This document shows, in pieces, positions 48,228 to 53,952 of a stretch of DNA of 53,952 bases; within the stretch, counting starts at the first letter, position 1; each line of letters starts with the position of its first letter. The DNA comes from a virus (taxonomy: Duplodnaviria > Caudoviricetes). The position numbers and the translations under genes are program-made. Below the pieces are notes generated by a model, which saw nothing but the letters and a program-made list of their open reading frames with translations, had not been told where the DNA came from and did not search any database. The stretch covers positions 1 through 53,952 of the IMG/VR virus record IMGVR_UViG_3300048997_000104; one strand, 5' to 3'.

Positions 48228-49298
48228 ATGCCTGGCGAAATCAAGAACTTGGAAATCTTCTCGGCTGGTCGTCACCGCTCCGGTGACGGCTCGGTGATCA
48301 CCGCCACCGAGACGGACCTGGACACTTTGGTGTCCGCGTTCACTGCTTTCCAAGGCACCAACATCGTCAAGCCGCATTTGAAGCTTGGACACGGCGACGC
48401 CCAAAAGTGGTTCGGCCAAGACAAGGGCATTCCGACCCTTGGCTGGATTGCCAAGGTCTATCGCAACGGCAAGAAGCTGCTCGCCGATGTGGAGAACGTT
48501 CCTGACGCGTTGATCGAGATGATCCGCCAGAAGCGTTACCACAATGTGTCCGCCGAGATTTTCTGGGACGGCCTTGAGGTTTCGGGCAAGAAGTTCGCCC
48601 GTGTCCTGTCCGCCGTCGCGCTACTGGGCACTGAAATGCCCGCAGTCAAGGATTTGGCTGGATTGGCTCAGGCGCTGTTTGCCCAGCCATTCTCCAGCGA
48701 GGTCACCACGCTGCCCGTCACATTCTCCGCTGAAAAGGAACGCGGCATGTTCACGCAGGACCAGGTTGACTCTCTGATCGCCGCGGCCGTCGCCAAGGCG
48801 CGCAAGGAGTTCGAGGACGCCAACAAGACGGCGCTTGCCGATCTCACCAAGCAGGTCGAGGTCATCACGGCTCGCGCCACCGGCGCGGAGACCAAGATCG
48901 CAAAGCTGGAAGGCGATCACGCGACTGCCGAGGCGGTTCGCATCGTCGACACGGCGATCAAGGACGGCAAGCTGCTGCCCAAGCAGAAGGATTTTGCCCT
49001 CGCGTTCTTGACGAACGCCAAGGGCATGGTCAAGTTCGGCGATGGCGAGAAGACACTCGCCAAGCTGTTCGAGGATTTCCTGGGCGCGGGCGGCAAGCAG
49101 GTCGAGCTGGGCTCCAAGGGCAAGGGCGACGAGAACAGCCGCGGCGGCAACTTCGCCACCGCTGCGCAGGAAGTCGACGTCAAGTCCAAGAAGCTCATGT
49201 CGGACAACCCCGGCGCCAAGCTGACCTACGCCAAGGCGATGGAGCTGGTGTTCGAGGCCGAGCCGGAACTCAAGCAGCGTTACGCCACCGGCGAGTAA
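48228..49298 (+). CDS. Mu-like prohead protease / scaffold
   Basis: 'LGH', 'GWI', 'VSAE', 'L.AVALLG...PAVK.L'; coiled C-terminal half. Confidence 0.8.
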   Translation: MPGEIKNLEIFSAGRHRSGDGSVITATETDLDTLVSAFTAFQGTNIVKPHLKLGHGDAQKWFGQDKGIPTLGWIAKVYRNGKKLLADVENVPDALIEMIRQKRYHNVSAEIFWDGLEVSGKKFARVLSAVALLGTEMPAVKDLAGLAQALFAQPFSSEVTTLPVTFSAEKERGMFTQDQVDSLIAAAVAKARKEFEDANKTALADLTKQVEVITARATGAETKIAKLEGDHATAEAVRIVDTAIKDGKLLPKQKDFALAFLTNAKGMVKFGDGEKTLAKLFEDFLGAGGKQVELGSKGKGDENSRGGNFATAAQEVDVKSKKLMSDNPGAKLTYAKAMELVFEAEPELKQRYATGE

Positions 49299-49337
49299 TC
49301 CTTCACGATCGGCGCCATTCCCTAGGGGAGTCACGAA

Positions 49338-49745
49338 ATGTCTTGGTCAATGCATCAGCGGAATGTCCCTCTCAAGGCAGCCGCCGATCTGTCCGCCAGT
49401 CAGTACCTCATTGTCGAGCTGACCGGCAACATCAACGAAATCAACCTGCCGAGCCAGGATCGCGGCTACGGCGTCCTGCAGAACCACCCCAAGCTGGGCG
49501 AGTTCGGCACGGTCTGCGTCGAGGGCCAGAGCCGCGTTCGCGCCGGCAGCGCCGTCGCCATCGGCGACTTCATCACCGCCAGCTCCCTCGGCTTCGCGCT
49601 GTCTGTCACCAGCGGCGCGGCACGCGCGCTCCCTGGGCGCACTTCGGTCCTTGGCCGGGCACTGTCGGCCGCAGCCTCTGGCTCCGTCTTCACCGCCGAT
49701 CTGGATGTCTTCCAGACCACTGTGGTGAGCGGCGGGGCCTGGTAG
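49338..49745 (+). CDS. Capsid decoration / cement protein (DUF2190-like)
   Basis: 'GVLQN.P..GE', 'AG.AV..GD.I', 'GRAL.AA'. Confidence 0.7.
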   Translation: MSWSMHQRNVPLKAAADLSASQYLIVELTGNINEINLPSQDRGYGVLQNHPKLGEFGTVCVEGQSRVRAGSAVAIGDFITASSLGFALSVTSGAARALPGRTSVLGRALSAAASGSVFTADLDVFQTTVVSGGAW

Positions 49746-49777
49746 TCAACGAGTCACGCTGAGAGGAGCACGCCACT

Positions 49778-50755
49778 ATGCCGGCACCGTCAACTGGCCG
49801 TGACCTTCACGTCGATGTCCCCCTATCCAATGTGGTGGTGGGTCGTCGGCCGGAAGGCTTCATTGCCGACCGCTTCATCCCCATCACGAATGTGGATAAG
49901 CAGTCGAACATGTACTACAAGTTCTTCCACGGCGAGTGGCGGCGTTTCGAGGCCGGTCTCACCTACCGTGCACCGTCGACCAATGCCCGCAAGGTCCACA
50001 TGCGGGTGTCCTCGGACAACTACTTCGCGCCCAACTATGCGCTGGGCACGGACTGGCCCGTGGAAGATGAGGTCAATGCCGACGCCGTGCTCAACTGGGC
50101 GCAGTCGCAGGCTCTGTTCCTCACCGATCGCCTGGCGATGGACTACGAGGTGCGGCTGGCTCAGCTCGCCGTCAACTCCTCCAACGTCCGCACCGTCACC
50201 TACTGCGGCTCCGCCATGTGGTGGACCGGCAGCGCCAATATCATCTCGGACCTGCTGACGCTCAAGGAGAATTTCCGTCAAGCGACGGGCTTGCTCCCGA
50301 ACCGTCTGATCATTCCCGAGAACGCGCGCCGCTACATCACGATCAACACCCAAGTCCGCCAAATCATCTTCGGCAACAACAATCCGGGCATGGCGACCCT
50401 GGAGCAGATCGCCGCGCTCATCGGCATCAGCGATGTCCTCAACCCGTCGGTGCTCGTGAACACCTTCGGCGAGACGGACACCGAGAACAACAGCTTCTCG
50501 CTGTTCGATGTCTGGGGCCGCGACAGCATCTGGATGGCCAAGGTCGACACCCTGGCCGGCCAATTCACCGACACCTGGATCAATGCCTTCCGCTGGACCA
50601 ATCCGGCGCTCGGCGTTCCGATGGCGGTTCAGCGCTATCCGTTCGATCCACGCCGGAAGTGCTACGAGCTGGAAGTGGGCTACTACCAGGCCGAGAAGGT
50701 CGTCAGCTCGGACTTGGCGGTGCGCATCATCGTCAACAGCGGAAACGCTGGCTAA
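49778..50755 (+). CDS. Major capsid protein
   Basis: 'HVD.PLSN.......FIA...P...V.KQS'; position after scaffold and decoration; terminator 50767-50794. Confidence 0.85.
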   Translation: MPAPSTGRDLHVDVPLSNVVVGRRPEGFIADRFIPITNVDKQSNMYYKFFHGEWRRFEAGLTYRAPSTNARKVHMRVSSDNYFAPNYALGTDWPVEDEVNADAVLNWAQSQALFLTDRLAMDYEVRLAQLAVNSSNVRTVTYCGSAMWWTGSANIISDLLTLKENFRQATGLLPNRLIIPENARRYITINTQVRQIIFGNNNPGMATLEQIAALIGISDVLNPSVLVNTFGETDTENNSFSLFDVWGRDSIWMAKVDTLAGQFTDTWINAFRWTNPALGVPMAVQRYPFDPRRKCYELEVGYYQAEKVVSSDLAVRIIVNSGNAG

Positions 50756-50884
50756 TCGAATCAGTCGCCGGGGTTGGGCACGACCCTGGCTTCTGTCCCT
50801 ACCACCGGCGCGCGTATGGTGTAGAGGGCGACTTCTGGTTGGTGCCCCTTCCAGTCGTCGCCCTCGCCACATAAGGGGCACATT

Positions 50885-53788
50885 ATGGAAATCGCAATCG
50901 TCGCTGGAGGAATGCCCTTCAGCAATCTCACGCTCGACAAGTTCTCGCTTGGCGGCTCCGAGACAGCCGTCATTGCCGTAGCCCGCGAGCTACGCAAACG
51001 CAAGCACATCGTGAACGTGTTCTGCCCGTTGCCTCCCGAGGGCCGCGCTGATTTCGTGCACCCCGGTAGCATCGATGATTTGGGCATCCGCTGGATGGCG
51101 CTGGAGCAATATCCCGCTTTCATCCAACACACCGAGGTTGACCTGCTCGTGGTCAGCCGCCAGCCTGAGCTGATGGCCGTCAACCACCAGGCGCGCAAGG
51201 CGGTGCTCTGGGTCCACGATCTGGCGACCCACACCTATACGGTGCCGACGCTCACGCCGGTGGGCTTCAATTTCGATGAAGTCTGGACGGTGTCCGAGTA
51301 TCATCGCCAGCAGTACCACAAGGTGACCGGCTATCCGCTGGAGAACATCCGTGCAACGCGGAATGGCGCGCTGCCGTACGAGACGCTGGACATGGAACTG
51401 CGCAATGACAAGCAGCTGCTCTATGCAGCGCGGCCCGAGCGCGGCCTGGAGAGCTTGGTCAGACCGGGCGGGATTATGTCGCGCCTGCCGGAGTTCAAGT
51501 TGCTCATCACTATGTATGACAACTTCCCAGAGCAGCTGCGTGATTATTACGGCCAGCTGTTCCAGTGGGCGCAGGAGCGCGGCAACTGCGAAGTGCTTGG
51601 CCCTAAGAGCCAGAGCGAACTGCGCCAACTGATGAAGGACAGCAAGCTCTATGTCTACCCGACCAATTTCGAGGAGGTCAGCTGCATCATTGCGCGGGAG
51701 TGCATGTCGGCAGGGTTGCCGATGGTCACGACGGGCCATGGCGCGCTCACCGAAACTCTCGCTGGCTGTGGTCACATTGTGGACAATGGCGACTATGGCA
51801 GCGACGAGTTCTGCGAACGGTTCGCCGAACAAGTGCGTGCCCTCTCCGAAGATGACGCGCGATGCGCCTGGTACCAGGAGCGTGCAGCCGAGCGCACCGA
51901 CCTTGGCTGGGAAGGTGTGGCGGAACAATGGGAAAGCTGGGCTGATCCTGCCCCTGTCAAGCCGTTTTCCCGCATCTGGTCGTTGATCGAGGACAGCGAC
52001 GTTGTTCCTGCCATTGCTTTCGCTCAGGCTATCCCCCTTGAGGAGCGGACGCGGGGCGTGGCTCACATGATCTCGGAGCTGGAAAGGCTGTATCCTTACC
52101 TGTACGGGCGCGAAACCTTTGCCGCGTACTATGAAAGGTACTTCAAGGACAACCAAGACCCCAGGGAAGCGCGCAAAAAGCCCAATATGGAGGGCAATCC
52201 ACGCTTCGAGGCCATTGCCCAGTTCGTTTCCGAGCTGCCGGATGAGTCGTCAATCCTCGACTATGGCTGCGCGGAGGGCGTGATCATCCTCGGCCTGGCC
52301 AAGCGGTTCCCGAACAAGCACTTCAGCGGCGTCGATTTCGCCCAGAGCAACATCGATCTGTGCCGTAAGTACGCAGCTGAGGACGGTCTCACGAACGTCG
52401 AGTTCAGTTGCGAGCATACAGAGAACATCGGCGTATTCCTCACGCCCTATGAGGGCTACGATGCGGTTATCTGCTCTGAGGTCTTGGAGCACGTTGCCGA
52501 GCCGTGGTACCTGCTGGCCTTCCTTGAGGCCCGCGTCGAGAAGGGTGGGATGGTAATCACGACCGTGCCGCAAGGCCCCTGGGAGGCCATCGGCTTGTAC
52601 GAGGAGAACCAGTATGAGTGGCGCGCTCATATCTGGCATATCAACAAATGGATGCTGCGCAAGATGCTCGCGGACAAAGAGAACCCGCGCATGACCAGTC
52701 TCACGAACGGCCACTCGCGTGACGGTCGCATCCTCGGCCACCTCTGCTTCGTCTACAAGGCAGACCACAAGACGGTCCACGCCATCGACCCGGTGGAGAA
52801 GGCGCTACAGCATCGCTCGCGGCAGAGCGTCGCCGCAGCAATCATCGCCAAGGACAGCGCCGAGACCATCCTCAAGATGCTTAACAGCCTGGGGGATCAA
52901 GTCCAGCAAGTCCAGGTGGCGCTCGCCGACAGCTCCGACGACACCGCCCAGATCATCCATCAGTGGGCGTCGCACAAGCCCTGGATCAAGACCCAGGTCA
53001 TCAACGTGCCTGCCGTGGAGCCAAAGCAGTTCGGGTTCGATGACGCGCGCAACGCGAGCATCCTCGGCCTCGACACGGACTGGATCGTGTGGATCGACAC
53101 GGACGAATATCTGTCTGGCGACATCCGCAAGTACGCGCGTGGCAATGCCTTCCACAGCTACGCGATCCATCAGCACCACTTCACTGTGGAGCCGCGCGGC
53201 GGCGCAGTCCAGCTCGACAAGCCTGCGCGTATGTTCCGCAACAATGGCCGGTTCCAGTTCTTTGGAAAGGTCCACGAGCATGCTGAACTCGGTGAGAATG
53301 GCGGCCCTGGTTTTTGCTTTATCCTTCCTGATGTGGACCTGGGTCACATCGGGTATGTCAATGAAGACGTGCGAAGGGGGCGTTTCAATCGGAACTTCCC
53401 ACTCCTGGTTTGGGATCGTGAGGTATACCCAGAGCGTCGCCTGGGGAAATTCCTGTGGCTGAGGGACATCATCCACCGGATGCGCTATGCGGCGATGCAG
53501 CGCGATATTGGTTCCGCTCGACTTCTCGCTGAAGAGGCACTATCCTTCTACAAGGAACATTGCTCGGCAGAGGGCGGCATTGGCGTCGGCGATGGCAACG
53601 ACATCGGCTATGTGACCGAGGCCCGCGAACTGCTCGGGCGCGGCGTGAAGGTCGAGATGATGGTGCGCATCGACGGCTCTGAGGCGCTGGTGTCCGGCAT
53701 CTTTGAGGATGAAGAGGAGGCAGCCAAGATCATCAAGAAGATGGTCAAAGCTCCTCTCGACAAGCGCAGGAGTGGCTATTACCAATGA
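50885..53788 (+). CDS. Fusion of GT4 (GT-B) glycosyltransferase, class I SAM methyltransferase and GT2 (GT-A) glycosyltransferase
   Basis: 'LGGSE' and E-x7-E 'EVSCIIARE'; 'ILDYGCAEG' and 'SEVLEHV'; 'FDDARN', 'IDTDE', 'GKVHE'. Confidence 0.85.
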   Translation: MEIAIVAGGMPFSNLTLDKFSLGGSETAVIAVARELRKRKHIVNVFCPLPPEGRADFVHPGSIDDLGIRWMALEQYPAFIQHTEVDLLVVSRQPELMAVNHQARKAVLWVHDLATHTYTVPTLTPVGFNFDEVWTVSEYHRQQYHKVTGYPLENIRATRNGALPYETLDMELRNDKQLLYAARPERGLESLVRPGGIMSRLPEFKLLITMYDNFPEQLRDYYGQLFQWAQERGNCEVLGPKSQSELRQLMKDSKLYVYPTNFEEVSCIIARECMSAGLPMVTTGHGALTETLAGCGHIVDNGDYGSDEFCERFAEQVRALSEDDARCAWYQERAAERTDLGWEGVAEQWESWADPAPVKPFSRIWSLIEDSDVVPAIAFAQAIPLEERTRGVAHMISELERLYPYLYGRETFAAYYERYFKDNQDPREARKKPNMEGNPRFEAIAQFVSELPDESSILDYGCAEGVIILGLAKRFPNKHFSGVDFAQSNIDLCRKYAAEDGLTNVEFSCEHTENIGVFLTPYEGYDAVICSEVLEHVAEPWYLLAFLEARVEKGGMVITTVPQGPWEAIGLYEENQYEWRAHIWHINKWMLRKMLADKENPRMTSLTNGHSRDGRILGHLCFVYKADHKTVHAIDPVEKALQHRSRQSVAAAIIAKDSAETILKMLNSLGDQVQQVQVALADSSDDTAQIIHQWASHKPWIKTQVINVPAVEPKQFGFDDARNASILGLDTDWIVWIDTDEYLSGDIRKYARGNAFHSYAIHQHHFTVEPRGGAVQLDKPARMFRNNGRFQFFGKVHEHAELGENGGPGFCFILPDVDLGHIGYVNEDVRRGRFNRNFPLLVWDREVYPERRLGKFLWLRDIIHRMRYAAMQRDIGSARLLAEEALSFYKEHCSAEGGIGVGDGNDIGYVTEARELLGRGVKVEMMVRIDGSEALVSGIFEDEEEAAKIIKKMVKAPLDKRRSGYYQ

Positions 53789-53798
53789 GCTATGCGAC

Positions 53799-53952
53799 GC
53801 TGGCCGACGTATTGGCGCGTTACACACCCATCGCGGACTTGGTAGGATCAGGCCCCTACAACGTGTCCTCGGTGAATGTGAACTCGGTGTATATCTCAGA
53901 CGCCGAGAGTTACATTGACGCTTTTCTGAGCGTCAAGTATGTGACGCCCATT
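53799..53952. repeat. Terminal direct repeat, copy 2
   Basis: Matches 1-154 with one mismatch. Confidence 0.95.

Noticed and set aside
46701-49298. Transposable Mu-like phage
   Set aside because: Only head and neck genes are Mu-like; no MuA/MuB or host-DNA ends
1-53952. CRISPR array, tRNA, diversity-generating retroelement or reverse transcriptase, integrase
   Set aside because: No repeat-spacer periodicity, cloverleaf, RT or recombinase motifs seen by eye

Overview
Apparently complete, circularly permuted genome of a tailed dsDNA phage, probably a lytic siphovirus. Unit length is about 53,798 bp, because 1-154 repeats at 53799-53952. An Alphaproteobacterial host is inferred from the GTA-like tail tip and GCTATACT-type promoters. 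Modules: Mu-like head and neck (TerS/TerL, DUF935 portal, protease/scaffold, decoration, MCP, gp36, gpG); a siphoviral tail with a -1 frameshifted chaperone and an RcGTA-like tip; holins plus a GH108 endolysin; a replication block (SNF2 helicase, primase, UvrD, DEDDh exonuclease, DnaE); and about 14 kb of small unknown genes. No integrase, transposase, tRNA or CRISPR was seen. Best candidates for undescribed biology: (1) a 967-aa GT4-methyltransferase-GT2 fusion inside the capsid operon, whose ribosome-binding site lies in a predicted pseudoknot, suggesting virion glycosylation; (2) a nucleotide/sugar-modification cluster next to DnaE (FAD enzyme, ThyX lacking its conserved Ser, MazG, DUF1599, radical SAM); (3) a predicted ~60-nt sRNA whose loop is perfectly complementary to the ribosome-binding regions of two phage genes; (4) a composite element duplicated in two intergenic regions. 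All calls come from reading motifs by eye; no searches were run.
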